The notes: generated by a model not told the origin, from the sequence alone. A stretch of DNA of 64,000 nucleotides from Bacteroidales bacterium (GCA_041690235.1 JAWLHS010000001.1:881-64880), one strand, 5' to 3'; positions 7,802 to 18,057 are shown, counted from the first letter of the stretch. Program-made: numbers and translations.

Positions 7802-9160
7802 ATGAATATTGCACACATCATACCCGGTTCAGGCGGAAGCTTTTATTGCGGCAACTGCCTGCGCGACAGCAAACTCTTTGAAGCCATGCGGGCCCAGGGC
7901 CACAACGCCATCAAAATCCCCATGTACCTGCCCCTGTTCTCGCAAGATACGACCAATGGCATGACCCCGGTGTTTTACGGGGCCATCAGCATCTATTTGA
8001 AGCAACTGTATCCCGTGTTCCGGCATGCCCCCAAATGGTTCGACCGGCTCCTCAACGCAAAATTCATGCTCCGGTTCGCCGCAAGCCAGGCCAATTCAAC
8101 GAGGGCCAGGGGACTGGAAGACATGACCGTGTCCATGCTCATGGGTGAACATGGGAAGCAGAAAGGGGAACTCGAAAAAATGGTTCACTGGCTCGAAACA
8201 CACTATAAGGCCGATGTCATACACATCTCAAATGCGTTGCTGCTCGGACTGGCCCATAAGCTGAAGGAGCACCTCAGGGTGCCGGTAATCTGCTCCCTGC
8301 AGGACGAAGATACCTGGGTTGACGGGATGGAACCCGAATTTGCAGAAAAAGCCTGGGAACTGATGGCAGAGAAGTCGCGCGACATCGATCTGTTTGTTTC
8401 GGTAAGCCACTACTATACCGAGTTCATGAAACATAAACTCCGTCTGCCGGAAGAAAAGATCACCACCCTTCACCTGGGCGTTGACCCATCCGACTATCAT
8501 TACATCAATGCCGCCGACAAAAGCCGGACCATCGGGTTCCTGTCGAGACTGTGCCGGGAGAACGGACTGGACATCCTGGTGGACGCCTTTGTCCTTTTAA
8601 GGAAACAGCCGGCTTACGAAGATGTGAAGTTGTTGCTAACCGGGGGACAAACAGCGGATGACAATGCCTTTATCAAAGAGCAAAAAAAGAAGTTACAACA
8701 AGCCGGCCTGGAAAAGGCGGTGGAATTCATTCACGACTTTGACCAGGCCACCCGGAAAGACTTCTTCGACCGGGTCATGCTGCTTTCGGTTCCGGTACGC
8801 CACGGGGAAGCGTTTGGGATTTACCTTACCGAGGCCATGGCAGCAGGCATTCCAATCGTTCAACCCGCCCTGGGCGCTTTCCCCGAAATCGTAGAAAAAT
8901 CAGGCGGTGGAATGGTTTATTCCGAAAATACCCCTGAACAACTGGCCGGAGCCCTCGAAGCATTATTCTCGGATAAAGAAAAAAGGCGGCAGTTAAGCCA
9001 AAAGGCAAGACAAAGCATCGAAAAGAAGTTCAATGTCCACAATCTGACCAGGGAAATGACCGCTTTGTACCAACAGGCCATTGATCATAATGCCGGCAAA
9101 ACCCGTAAAACAGAATCTTATGCAAATCCAGGTAAAAAACCTGTACAAGACTTATCGTAA
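7802..9160 (+). CDS. glycosyltransferase family 4 (GT-B, group 1)
   Basis: ATG at 7802 (MNIAHIIPGSGGSFYCGNC). The C-terminal GT-B signature is GEAFGIYLTEAMAAGIPIVQP. The length of about 450 aa is typical. Confidence 0.75.
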   Translation: MNIAHIIPGSGGSFYCGNCLRDSKLFEAMRAQGHNAIKIPMYLPLFSQDTTNGMTPVFYGAISIYLKQLYPVFRHAPKWFDRLLNAKFMLRFAASQANSTRARGLEDMTVSMLMGEHGKQKGELEKMVHWLETHYKADVIHISNALLLGLAHKLKEHLRVPVICSLQDEDTWVDGMEPEFAEKAWELMAEKSRDIDLFVSVSHYYTEFMKHKLRLPEEKITTLHLGVDPSDYHYINAADKSRTIGFLSRLCRENGLDILVDAFVLLRKQPAYEDVKLLLTGGQTADDNAFIKEQKKKLQQAGLEKAVEFIHDFDQATRKDFFDRVMLLSVPVRHGEAFGIYLTEAMAAGIPIVQPALGAFPEIVEKSGGGMVYSENTPEQLAGALEALFSDKEKRRQLSQKARQSIEKKFNVHNLTREMTALYQQAIDHNAGKTRKTESYANPGKKPVQDLS

Positions 9161-9803
9161 CACCCTTGGGGGCATTGAGCGTGAGGTCCTGCGGGGCCTC
9201 AATCTCCAGGTGGGCAGCGGAGAAAAAATCGCAGTTACGGGTCCTTCGGGCAGTGGCAAAACCACCCTGCTGAACCTGATCGGCACCCTTGATAAACCAG
9301 ACAAGGGAGAAATTCACATCGGAAACCTATCATTGTCGGATATGAAAGCCGACCAGATCCTCTCCTTTCGGAACAGAACCGCAGGCTTTGTCTTCCAGCT
9401 GCACCACCTGTTGCCACAGTGCACCCTGCTCGAAAATGTTTTGCTTCCCACCCTGCCATTAAAAGGCGACAAGACCGGCTTCAATGACAGGGCGAAAGAC
9501 CTGCTGAAACTGATGGGCATCTGGGAGCAACGAGACAACAAGCCCGGAGAGTTGTCGGGTGGCGAATGCCAGCGGGCCGCTGTGGCCAGGGCGCTGATCA
9601 ACCAGCCCAGGATTTTGTTGGCCGATGAACCCACCGGGTCGCTGGATGCCAAAAACGCGGACCTGCTGATCGACCTGCTCTCCAGCATCAATAAAGAAAT
9701 GGGCATCACCCTGCTGATCGCAACCCATGCAAAGAGCGTCTCCTCCAGGATGGATCTGGTTTACGGGATCACGGAAGGAAAGCTGGCGTTGCAAAAGGCC
9801 TGA
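9120..9803 (+). CDS. ABC transporter ATP-binding protein (LolD/YbbA/MacB-ATPase type)
   Basis: Walker A GPSGSGKTT, signature LSGGECQR, Walker B ILLADEPTGSLD. The start is ambiguous: TTG 9081, ATG 9090 or ATG 9120. All three overlap the 3' end of the glycosyltransferase gene. Confidence 0.9.
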   Translation: MQIQVKNLYKTYRNTLGGIEREVLRGLNLQVGSGEKIAVTGPSGSGKTTLLNLIGTLDKPDKGEIHIGNLSLSDMKADQILSFRNRTAGFVFQLHHLLPQCTLLENVLLPTLPLKGDKTGFNDRAKDLLKLMGIWEQRDNKPGELSGGECQRAAVARALINQPRILLADEPTGSLDAKNADLLIDLLSSINKEMGITLLIATHAKSVSSRMDLVYGITEGKLALQKA

Positions 9804-9892
9804 ACCGGCCCCCTTTTAAGGCGGCAGTCAGCGGCAATACCCGGCGCTTCTGCAACCTGCTGAATGACCTTGGAACAAATAAGATTTCAATA

Positions 9893-12800
9893 ATGACATT
9901 GTTTCGGCTTATCATCCGCACACTGAAGCATTACCTCGGCACCAACCTGGCCACCGCGGCAGGGATCGCCATTTCCACGGCGGTCATTTGCGGGGCACTG
10001 ATCATTGGCGACTCCCTCAGAAAAAGCCTCTTGCACGTGGTGGATGTCCGCCTGGGCCAAATCACCCACACCATTACGGCCGGGGAACGCATGTTCACCC
10101 GTGGTTTTGCCGAAAACCTGGATGATATCGGCGGACTGGCGGCTGCTCCCGCCCTGAAAAGCGAGGCCGTGGTGACGGTTCAGGGGAACGATCAGCGCGT
10201 CAGCAAGGTACAGGCATGGGGGGTGGACAGTCGGTTCGGGATGGTACTTGGGGCCCCGGACGAATATTTTGAGATGGGCCCGGGGGAGGCCATCATTAGC
10301 CTGAACCTGGCCACGCGTCTGGGACTAGAACCCGGTGATTTCTTTCTGATGCGGATCCGCCAAACCGGACCCATCCCCGCCAATACCCCATTCGTTTCGG
10401 AGGGGGACCAAACCATCTCACGAAGGGTAAAGGTTAAAGCCATTGCCGGCAGGGAGGATTTTGGTCATTTCAGCCTCCGCCCATCACAATCGGCCCCCCT
10501 GAATCTATTTGTGGATCTCGAATGGCTGAACGAAGTGATGAACCTGGAAAACATGGCCAATCTGGTGGCATTGGATGCCGGGACTGCAATGATGAGCTCC
10601 CGCATTACGGAATTGGTCCGGCAATCCTGGCAGCCCGAAGACGGCCATATGAAACTGGAATATCAGGCGTCCGGCAGCTGGAGGCTGACCTCTGAAAGGG
10701 TTTTTTTTGAAAACTACCTGGCTGACAGGATTGAGGCGCTCTTCCCTGAATCGGAATTCTCTCTGACCTATTTTGTAAACGAACTGGAGCACCGTGATCG
10801 TGTAACGCCCTATTCCTTTGTTGCTGCAGTGGACCGGACCGGCCACCCCCTGCTCGCCCCAAATGAAACCCTGATCAACCAGTGGCTGGCCGATGACCTC
10901 ATGGCAAAAACAGGCGACACCCTGCGAATGCGCTATTTTGAGGTCGGCCCCCTGAGGGAATTAAAAGAAAAGGAAGCTGTTTTCATTGTGAAAGGCATTC
11001 TTCCTATGGACCAGGCTGAAGCCGACGGTTATCTGATGCCGGATCTTCCCGGACTCTCCGGTGCAGGAAGCTGCAGTGACTGGGATACAGGCATCCCCAT
11101 CAACCTGGATGCCATCCGCCCAAAGGATGAGCATTACTGGGAGGTTTATAAAGGCGCTCCTAAAGCCTATATTTCCCTGGACAGGGGAAGGTCCCTCTGG
11201 GAAAACCGCTTTGGAAACCTTACCAATGTCATGATCCCAGGCAGTCCATCGGATGGCCCGCAGATAAAGGAAAGGCTCGGCCAACACATCGACCCTTTCA
11301 GGCTGGAGTTCCAGGTTAATCCCGTAAGAGAGCAGGGACTGGAAGCAGCGAGGGGCGGGGTCGATTTCGGGCAATTGTTTGCCGGACTGGGCATGTTTAT
11401 CATTCTTGCCGGACTCCTCCTGACGGTGCTATTGTTGAATTTCAGTCTGGAAAAGAGAAAAACCCAGTTGCAGTTGATGGCCTCCCTGGGCTTCCCGGAA
11501 AAGCTGATCAGGAAAATCCTGGTAACAGAGGCATTGGCTGTAGCAGTCCTTGGAGCCCTTGCCGGATTGGCTGTATCCATAGCATACAGCAGGCTGGTGT
11601 TTATGGGATTAAACCGGATATGGCATGACATTGTCAGGACGGATGTGTTGCAGCTGTATTACAACCCCTGGATGCTGGTCGCCGGACTTATTGCGGGCAT
11701 CTCGCTTGGAATGGGTGTGGTCCTGTTCGGCATTCGAAGCATGCTGAAAAAAAACATCAGGAAAACGGAAACCGGTTCTCAAAAACGGCCTTCCCGGAAA
11801 CCGGGACGGCAGCTCCCGGTCTGGTTGTCCGCCGCATTCCCGGCCACTTCTCTGCTGCTGGCGGGTTATCTGGGAGCCACTTCACAATTTACACAGGTTT
11901 TGGCTTGGTTTCTCGCAGGAGGAATTCTATTGATCGGACTCCTCTTGCTGGCACACACATATTTATATCTTCCGATGCGGGTGTCCTCGGAAACATTAAA
12001 CCTAAACCGGTTGAGCCGAAAAAATATCAGGAGAAACCCGGCCCGCAGTTTTACCATCATCGCCCTGCTGGCCCTGGGCAGCTTCGTTATCGTAGTCACG
12101 GCCGCCAACCGAAAAGACCTGTCTACAGACGCGCTTGCCCCCACGGGCGGAACAGGTGGCTTTCTGTTCATGGCAGAAACCACCGCACCAGTCTTGAGAA
12201 ACCTTAACGGGAACGATACCAGGCTGGAGCTCGGCATCCCCGAAGCGGCCTCCTTCGTGCAGTTCTTATCGGTCTATGACGACGATGCCTCCTGCCTGAA
12301 TCTGAACCGGGTCGAGAACCCCCGCATCCTGGCCACCGACCCGGAACAACTTTTGGGCAGGTTCTCCTTCAAGGCCGTGCATCCCCGGGCAAACAAACAG
12401 GAGCCATGGGGCTCGCTGAACGCCGATCTGAACGGAGTGATCCCGGCCATTGCCGACCAAAGCGTGATCCAGTGGGGCCTGGGGAAAAAACTGGGAGACA
12501 CCCTGACTTACATCAATGCCCGTGGTCATGAGGTGAGGCTTTTGCTGATCGGCGGACTGGCCAATTCGGTGTTTCAGGGAAATGTCATCATTTCATCGGC
12601 GAATTTCCTGGAGCATTTCCCCTCATCGGGGGGGTCCGATGTTTTTCTGGTAGAAGCCCCTGCCCCGGAGGAGGCTGCTCTTCTCCAGGAGCTCGGTTTC
12701 ATATTCCGGGACCATGGCTGGGAAATGCGCAGTGCCCGGGACAAGCTGGCAGCGTTCAATAGCGTGGAAAACACCTACCTTGGCATCTTTTTTCTCATGG

Positions 12801-13156
12801 GGGCCTTTGGCATGTTGCTGGGGACCGTCGGACTGGCCATTATTCTGGCAAAAAGCATGCTTGAACGGCGCAGCGAAACAGCCCTGCTCAGGGCCCTTGG
12901 CTACCCTTTTCGAACCCTGGTGCGGCTTTTTTCATCCGAATACTTCATTTTGTTTATTGCCGGGATGCTGGCAGGAACCCTGGCCGCCATCCTCGCAACC
13001 CTCCCCACCTTCCTGGAAGGCAGTCAAAATATTCCCCTGGGTTTTCTGGCCCTGGTTCTTGGGGTTCTTTTCCTGAACGGAGCGGCCTGGATTCTGATCA
13101 TTCCCGCCGCAATGATCAAAAAAATGTTGCTGACCGAAGCCCTTCGCAATGAGTAA
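9893..13156 (+). CDS. large FtsX-family ABC transporter permease (YbbP-like, two FtsX modules)
   Basis: The protein is 1087 aa. It has an N-terminal TM helix, a large extracytoplasmic region, a central TM bundle, a second extracytoplasmic region and a C-terminal TM bundle. It directly follows the ATPase gene. Confidence 0.85.
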   Translation: MTLFRLIIRTLKHYLGTNLATAAGIAISTAVICGALIIGDSLRKSLLHVVDVRLGQITHTITAGERMFTRGFAENLDDIGGLAAAPALKSEAVVTVQGNDQRVSKVQAWGVDSRFGMVLGAPDEYFEMGPGEAIISLNLATRLGLEPGDFFLMRIRQTGPIPANTPFVSEGDQTISRRVKVKAIAGREDFGHFSLRPSQSAPLNLFVDLEWLNEVMNLENMANLVALDAGTAMMSSRITELVRQSWQPEDGHMKLEYQASGSWRLTSERVFFENYLADRIEALFPESEFSLTYFVNELEHRDRVTPYSFVAAVDRTGHPLLAPNETLINQWLADDLMAKTGDTLRMRYFEVGPLRELKEKEAVFIVKGILPMDQAEADGYLMPDLPGLSGAGSCSDWDTGIPINLDAIRPKDEHYWEVYKGAPKAYISLDRGRSLWENRFGNLTNVMIPGSPSDGPQIKERLGQHIDPFRLEFQVNPVREQGLEAARGGVDFGQLFAGLGMFIILAGLLLTVLLLNFSLEKRKTQLQLMASLGFPEKLIRKILVTEALAVAVLGALAGLAVSIAYSRLVFMGLNRIWHDIVRTDVLQLYYNPWMLVAGLIAGISLGMGVVLFGIRSMLKKNIRKTETGSQKRPSRKPGRQLPVWLSAAFPATSLLLAGYLGATSQFTQVLAWFLAGGILLIGLLLLAHTYLYLPMRVSSETLNLNRLSRKNIRRNPARSFTIIALLALGSFVIVVTAANRKDLSTDALAPTGGTGGFLFMAETTAPVLRNLNGNDTRLELGIPEAASFVQFLSVYDDDASCLNLNRVENPRILATDPEQLLGRFSFKAVHPRANKQEPWGSLNADLNGVIPAIADQSVIQWGLGKKLGDTLTYINARGHEVRLLLIGGLANSVFQGNVIISSANFLEHFPSSGGSDVFLVEAPAPEEAALLQELGFIFRDHGWEMRSARDKLAAFNSVENTYLGIFFLMGAFGMLLGTVGLAIILAKSMLERRSETALLRALGYPFRTLVRLFSSEYFILFIAGMLAGTLAAILATLPTFLEGSQNIPLGFLALVLGVLFLNGAAWILIIPAAMIKKMLLTEALRNE

Positions 13157-13272
13157 TCTGCAACATGGCCTGGCCTGAAAAAGAACCGGTTTGATAAGCG
13201 TCATGGTTCATTGCAACTATTTCAATATTTAGTTACCTTGCAAGGAGTTATGGTATTGAGAAACATCTTCAG

Positions 13273-14772
13273 ATGATACAGGATTTCATACTGAATATTG
13301 CCCTGCTGCTCATTCTTGCATTCGTCTATGGGGTTTTTGCGTATTTGCCGGGGCAAAGCCGCCTGGTCAACCGGTCACTACTCGGCCTTTGGTTCGGGCT
13401 AATCGCCGTGGCGGGAATGTTGATGCCCTTTGTTTATTCCGAGGGGGCGATTTTTGACGGACGGTCGGTGATTCTTGCCCTTGCCGGGTTGTATGGCGGC
13501 TGGTTACCCGCTTTGATTTCTGCCGTGATCGCCGGTTCCTACAGAATCTTCCTGGGCGGGGCCGGGATGTGGGCCGGCCTGGCAACCATTGTTTTTTGCT
13601 CCATGGCGGGACTGTTTTTCAGGTGGCGGTATGCCAACCAGCCGGAACGGATTGATTTGCTTTCCCTTTACGGAATCGGTGTGCTTGTGCACTTGATCAT
13701 GCTTGCCTGCCAGTTGCTGTTCCCATGGCCCACCGGCCTGGCCATCATCAGCCGTATCTGGCTGCCGGTGATGCTGCTGTTCCCGCTTGCATTCGTAATC
13801 ATAGGCCAGACCCTGGGCGGTATCGGCAGACGCATCAAGGCCGAACAGGAAACGCGTGAGGCAGAATCCCGCTACAGGGCCTTGTTCAACAGCATCAGGG
13901 ATGCCATCCTGGTGGCCGATACCAGACGGTTTATTACGCATTGCAATCCGGCATTTACTGATTTGTTCGGCTATACACTCCAGGAGATCAGGGGCAAAAA
14001 AACCCTCACCATCTACAAAAACGAAGATCAATTCAGGGCGTTGGGACAGGCCATCACGGAAGAAGACGGGGCCAGGCCGATCCTCCACACCGTGGATTAT
14101 CAGAAAAAGGACGGGACGGTGTTCCCCGGGGAAACCGCCGTGTTTTTGCAAAAAGACAGCGCAGGGAAGGTTTCAGGGTTTATCGGGCTGATCAGGGATG
14201 TTTCGGACAGGATGCTGGCAGAGACCACCATGCGGATTAGCGAGAAGAAGTACCGGATGGCCTTTAAAACCATTCCGGATGCCCTCTCCATCAATCGCTT
14301 ATCCGACGGATTGTTCATTGAAATCAACGAAAGTTTTACCCGAACAATCGGCTATGCGCCCGAAGAGATCATTGGAAAAACAGCAGGCGAAGTCGAGATA
14401 TGGGCCGACCCGTCCGACAGGAACAAGCTGGTCGACGGCTTGAAAAAGCATGGGCACGTGGAAGGTTTGGAAGCAAGGTTCCGCATGAAAGACGGGAAGA
14501 TTGTCCACGGCTTGATGTCAGCGGCCTTCATCAGCCTGAACGGCGAGCTCCACATCCTGTCCATTACAAGGGACCACTCAGAGCGAAAACGGGCCGAAAT
14601 GGAATTGCGGAAGCTAAAGGATGAGCTGGAACAAAAGGTGGATGAAAAGACCAGTGAATTGCAGGAAAGGGTCAGGGAGCTGGAGCGCTTTCGCCAAGCG
14701 ACCATCGACCGTGAGCTCCGGATAAAGGAACTGCGTGATGAAATTAAAAGGCTGAAAGGGAACAAGCAATGA
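13273..14772 (+). CDS. 5TMR-LYT (LytS/YhcK-type) membrane sensor with two PAS domains and a C-terminal coiled coil; no kinase domain
   Basis: The N-terminal 190 aa are multi-TM with GRSVILALAGLYGGWLPALISAVIAGSYRIFLGG. Two PAS-like blocks follow (ESRYRALFNSIRDAILV..., EKKYRMAFKTIPDALSI...). The protein ends in the coiled coil ELRKLKDELEQKVDEKTSELQERVRELERF. No H-box or ATPase motifs are present. Confidence 0.75.
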   Translation: MIQDFILNIALLLILAFVYGVFAYLPGQSRLVNRSLLGLWFGLIAVAGMLMPFVYSEGAIFDGRSVILALAGLYGGWLPALISAVIAGSYRIFLGGAGMWAGLATIVFCSMAGLFFRWRYANQPERIDLLSLYGIGVLVHLIMLACQLLFPWPTGLAIISRIWLPVMLLFPLAFVIIGQTLGGIGRRIKAEQETREAESRYRALFNSIRDAILVADTRRFITHCNPAFTDLFGYTLQEIRGKKTLTIYKNEDQFRALGQAITEEDGARPILHTVDYQKKDGTVFPGETAVFLQKDSAGKVSGFIGLIRDVSDRMLAETTMRISEKKYRMAFKTIPDALSINRLSDGLFIEINESFTRTIGYAPEEIIGKTAGEVEIWADPSDRNKLVDGLKKHGHVEGLEARFRMKDGKIVHGLMSAAFISLNGELHILSITRDHSERKRAEMELRKLKDELEQKVDEKTSELQERVRELERFRQATIDRELRIKELRDEIKRLKGNKQ

Positions 14773-17030
14773 AACGGATGGGTAAAGAATATGTGCCGCT
14801 GCTTGTTCTGTTGTGCCTTTGGGGTGGAAGACTAAGCGGGGCCGGAAATGCGGATTCCCTGTATTCTCACAGGCAATTCATCACCATTGCCTCCGAGCCG
14901 GATTATCCCCCTTATTGTATTGTGGACGAAAACGGGATGGCCGACGGGTTTTCCATTGACCTGTTTAAAGCAGCGGCCGGGGCCGTCGGATTGGATGTCC
15001 GGATTAAGATCGGCCTGTGGGACATCATCCGGCAGGATCTGGCAGCAGGCCGGATCGATGCATTGCCCCTGGTTGGCAGAACGCCTGAACGGGAAGCCCT
15101 CTATGACTTTACCCTGCCTTATCTTTCACTGCACGGGGCCGTATTTGCGCGCAAAGGACGCACGGACATCCGTTCGGTCAGTGACCTGAGGGACAAGGAA
15201 GTGGTGGTCATGAAGGGAGACAATGCGGAGGAGTTCCTCCTGCGTGAAAACATCACCGATCATATGATTACCACCCACACTTTTGAGGAGGCCTTCAGAA
15301 AGCTTGCAGCGGGAGAGCACGACGCCGTGGTCACCCAACGGATCACCGGTCTGCGGCTTCTTGAAAACATGGGCATCAGGTCGGTCGAACCCCTGGATAT
15401 CCGTCTTCCGGCCTTTCGCCAGGATTTTTGCTTTGCGGTGCAGAAAGGTGACACCACGCTACTTAACCTGTTAAACGAAGGGCTTTCTGTTGTGATCGCA
15501 GATGGCACTTTTGATGAGATCCGCCTGAAATGGTTCGGTCCCGCCATCAAGGAGGAGCTTGACCTGCGCGACATGATACGGATTGCCCTGACATTCATCC
15601 TCCCGTTTCTCGTCGTTTTCTCCATTGCCGCCGTGGTTTTTCTCCGCCGTGAGGTCCGACGAAAAACAAGGCGCCTGAACACCGAGGTTTCGGAACATAA
15701 AAAAACACTGCAAAGCCTCCGCAAACAGCAATTGCTCCTGGAAGAAAGCAGGGGACAGCTCCAATTGATTCTGAACTCCACGGCTGAAGGCATATTCGGA
15801 GTGGACAGCAATGGGAAATGCATATTCTGCAATGAGGCCAGCCTGCGCATCCTCGGGTATGACAACGACACAGAACTGATCGGCAAGGACATGCATCGCC
15901 TGATCCATCACAGCAGGGAAGACAAGACCCCTTATCCGGCTGAGAATTGTCCCGTTGCCCGGGCTTTCCTCCATGGGGAGGAAGTCCATGTGGAAGAGGA
16001 TGTTTTCTGGCGCTCCGACAACACCCCTGTTCCGGTCGATTACTGGTCCTATCCCATCCGTAAGGACAAGCGGGTGGAGGGCTCCGTCACGACCTTTTTC
16101 GACATCACCGACAGAAGGAAACTTGTTTCCGAACTCCGCGGGGCCGAGAAAGAATTGAGGGCCCTGGCCGATAACCTGGAAAAAAAGGTGAACGAGCGAA
16201 CCGCAGAACTGGAGGGAAAGGTGCGGGAACTCGACAAAAGCCAGAAAGCCATGCTTTATATGGTAGAGGACTTGAACGAGCTTACCCGGGAGCTGAGGAC
16301 TGAACAGGAGAAGCTGGAATATTCCAACAAGGAGCTGGAGTCATTTTCCTATTCTGTCTCGCATGACCTTCGCGCCCCCCTAAGGGCCATTGACGGTTTT
16401 TCGAAGTTTTTGCTGGAAGATTACAGCGAGCGGCTCGATGCGGAAGGACAACGGCTCTTGAAAGTAATCAAAGAAAATGCCCGCAAAATGGACAAACTGA
16501 TCTCCGACCTGCTGAGTTTATCTCGCCTGTCCAGGACTGAAGTCCGGTTGACCAGGGTGGACATGCGGCAATTGGCCGCATCGGTATTCAACGAACAAAC
16601 CATGGCAGATGCCGGTGAATCATTTAACCTGACCCTGGGCGACTTGCCCGTCGTATTGGCTGATCCTGCCTTAATGAAACAGGTCTGGGAAAACCTGATA
16701 AGCAATGCAATCAAATACAGCTCAAAATCCAGAACAAAAAAAATTGAGATTGCTTGTGTGGAAAACGATGAAACCTTCCAATTTTCCATCAGGGACTACG
16801 GGGCCGGATTCGAAAAGAAATACAAGAACAAACTGTTCGGGGTTTTTCAAAGACTTCATAAAGCAGCGGATTATCCGGGAACAGGCATCGGGCTTTCCAT
16901 TGTCCAACGGATCATTGCCCGCCACGGCGGAGAAGTCTGGGCCGAGGGAGACGTTAACAAGGGCGCTGTTTTCGGTTTTTCCCTGCCCAAAAAAGCGGAA
17001 GAAACCCAGCCCGGAACCCATCCGATCTAA
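14769..17030 (+). CDS. sensor histidine kinase with periplasmic solute-binding (SBP family 3) domain, PAS, HisKA and HATPase_c
   Basis: Order of domains: signal/TM, SBP_bac_3-like region (ASEPDYPPYCIVDENG...), a TM helix, PAS, coiled coil, H-box FSYSVSHDLRAPL, then ATPase motifs NLISNAIKY, RDYGAGF, GTGIGLSIV. The ATG overlaps the upstream stop (ATGA at 14769-14772). Confidence 0.9.
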   Translation: MKRMGKEYVPLLVLLCLWGGRLSGAGNADSLYSHRQFITIASEPDYPPYCIVDENGMADGFSIDLFKAAAGAVGLDVRIKIGLWDIIRQDLAAGRIDALPLVGRTPEREALYDFTLPYLSLHGAVFARKGRTDIRSVSDLRDKEVVVMKGDNAEEFLLRENITDHMITTHTFEEAFRKLAAGEHDAVVTQRITGLRLLENMGIRSVEPLDIRLPAFRQDFCFAVQKGDTTLLNLLNEGLSVVIADGTFDEIRLKWFGPAIKEELDLRDMIRIALTFILPFLVVFSIAAVVFLRREVRRKTRRLNTEVSEHKKTLQSLRKQQLLLEESRGQLQLILNSTAEGIFGVDSNGKCIFCNEASLRILGYDNDTELIGKDMHRLIHHSREDKTPYPAENCPVARAFLHGEEVHVEEDVFWRSDNTPVPVDYWSYPIRKDKRVEGSVTTFFDITDRRKLVSELRGAEKELRALADNLEKKVNERTAELEGKVRELDKSQKAMLYMVEDLNELTRELRTEQEKLEYSNKELESFSYSVSHDLRAPLRAIDGFSKFLLEDYSERLDAEGQRLLKVIKENARKMDKLISDLLSLSRLSRTEVRLTRVDMRQLAASVFNEQTMADAGESFNLTLGDLPVVLADPALMKQVWENLISNAIKYSSKSRTKKIEIACVENDETFQFSIRDYGAGFEKKYKNKLFGVFQRLHKAADYPGTGIGLSIVQRIIARHGGEVWAEGDVNKGAVFGFSLPKKAEETQPGTHPI

Positions 17031-17069
17031 AGGAAAACCATTACTTTTAGGGGTTAAAAAAAAGATTCA

Positions 17070-17519
17070 ATGGAAAACATAAGTGAGGTTGAAATCCTGA
17101 TCGTTGAAGACAACCCCAATGATGCCGAAATGGCACTCCGGGCATTGCGCAAGAACAACCTCGCCAATAAAGTCCTTGTGGTGGGCGATGGTGAAGAAGC
17201 CCTGGATTTTATTTATTGCAGGGGCGCGTATGAGAAAAAAGACCCCTGTCTTTTGCCCAAAATCATACTGCTTGACCTGAAGCTTCCGAAGGTCGACGGA
17301 CTGGAAGTGTTGAGGGTAATAAAAAACGACCCTGCAAAGAAAACAATACCAATTATCATCCTCACTTCTTCAAAGGAAGAAAAGGATATCGTAGCCAGCT
17401 ATCAGCTGGGGGTAAACAGCTATATCATCAAACCGGTCGAATTTGAAAAATTCGTGGAGGCCGTCAGGGACGTCGGCCTTTACTGGTTGTTGCTGAACGA
17501 GCCACCGAAAACAGGCTGA
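17070..17519 (+). CDS. single-domain response regulator (CheY-like receiver)
   Basis: Receiver motifs: ILIVEDNPNDAEM, phospho-acceptor region IILLDLKLPKVDG, and IIILTSS ... K. The protein is 149 aa with no output domain. Confidence 0.9.
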   Translation: MENISEVEILIVEDNPNDAEMALRALRKNNLANKVLVVGDGEEALDFIYCRGAYEKKDPCLLPKIILLDLKLPKVDGLEVLRVIKNDPAKKTIPIIILTSSKEEKDIVASYQLGVNSYIIKPVEFEKFVEAVRDVGLYWLLLNEPPKTG

Positions 17520-17541
17520 TGCCCCCCCCGGCACGCCCGTT

Positions 17542-18057
17542 TCAAACCCTGGCCTTTATCACCGGGTTCAGGTATTCATCTTCAAGCAAAGCCATCACCC
17601 AGATGGAACGGTACTCTTCGCCCGATTTCACACAATCCCTGATGAGTCCCTCCCTTTTAAAACCCTCCGACTCATACAACTTTATCGCCCTGAAGTTGTC
17701 TGAGATCACATCAAACCACAGACGGTGAACCCTCAGCTTTTCAAAGCACAGGCTTTTAACCAGCCGAATGGTGTCACGCCCGAAACCGTTTTCTTTCCGC
17801 GAAATGGCGAGTCTTCTGAATTCTATGGAGTTGTTGTCATCTCCCAGTCCGGCCAAAATGGCATAACCAATCAACATGCCATCGGTCCGATCAAAAACCG
17901 ACAGGTGAACCTTGCTTCCGTCCAATAGTATGGCTTCGTGTTTTTCCCTCTGGTAAGACCCGATAAAGCGGGCGTTGGCCTGCTCAATGTCCATGATCCG
18001 GGGAAGATCCTCAGATCGGGTTGGTTTCAGCAGCACCTTTTCGGTTTGAAGGACCAT
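17542..18057 (-). CDS. GNAT family N-acetyltransferase (RimJ/RimL-like)
   Basis: 171 aa, with an acetyl-CoA-binding-type motif RRLAISRKENGFGRDTIRL and the typical GNAT C-terminal half (NFRAIKLYESEGFKREG). Confidence 0.8.
   Translation of the reverse strand: MVLQTEKVLLKPTRSEDLPRIMDIEQANARFIGSYQREKHEAILLDGSKVHLSVFDRTDGMLIGYAILAGLGDDNNSIEFRRLAISRKENGFGRDTIRLVKSLCFEKLRVHRLWFDVISDNFRAIKLYESEGFKREGLIRDCVKSGEEYRSIWVMALLEDEYLNPVIKARV

Noticed and set aside
7486-7816. Two near-identical minus-strand ORFs (66 aa and 74 aa) might encode a repeated small protein.
   Set aside because: They are translations of the tandem repeat itself. Each unit carries a stop in that frame, one ORF runs into the 5' end of the glycosyltransferase gene, and the sequence is low complexity (Ala/Leu/Arg-rich). 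I treat them as artefacts of the repeat.
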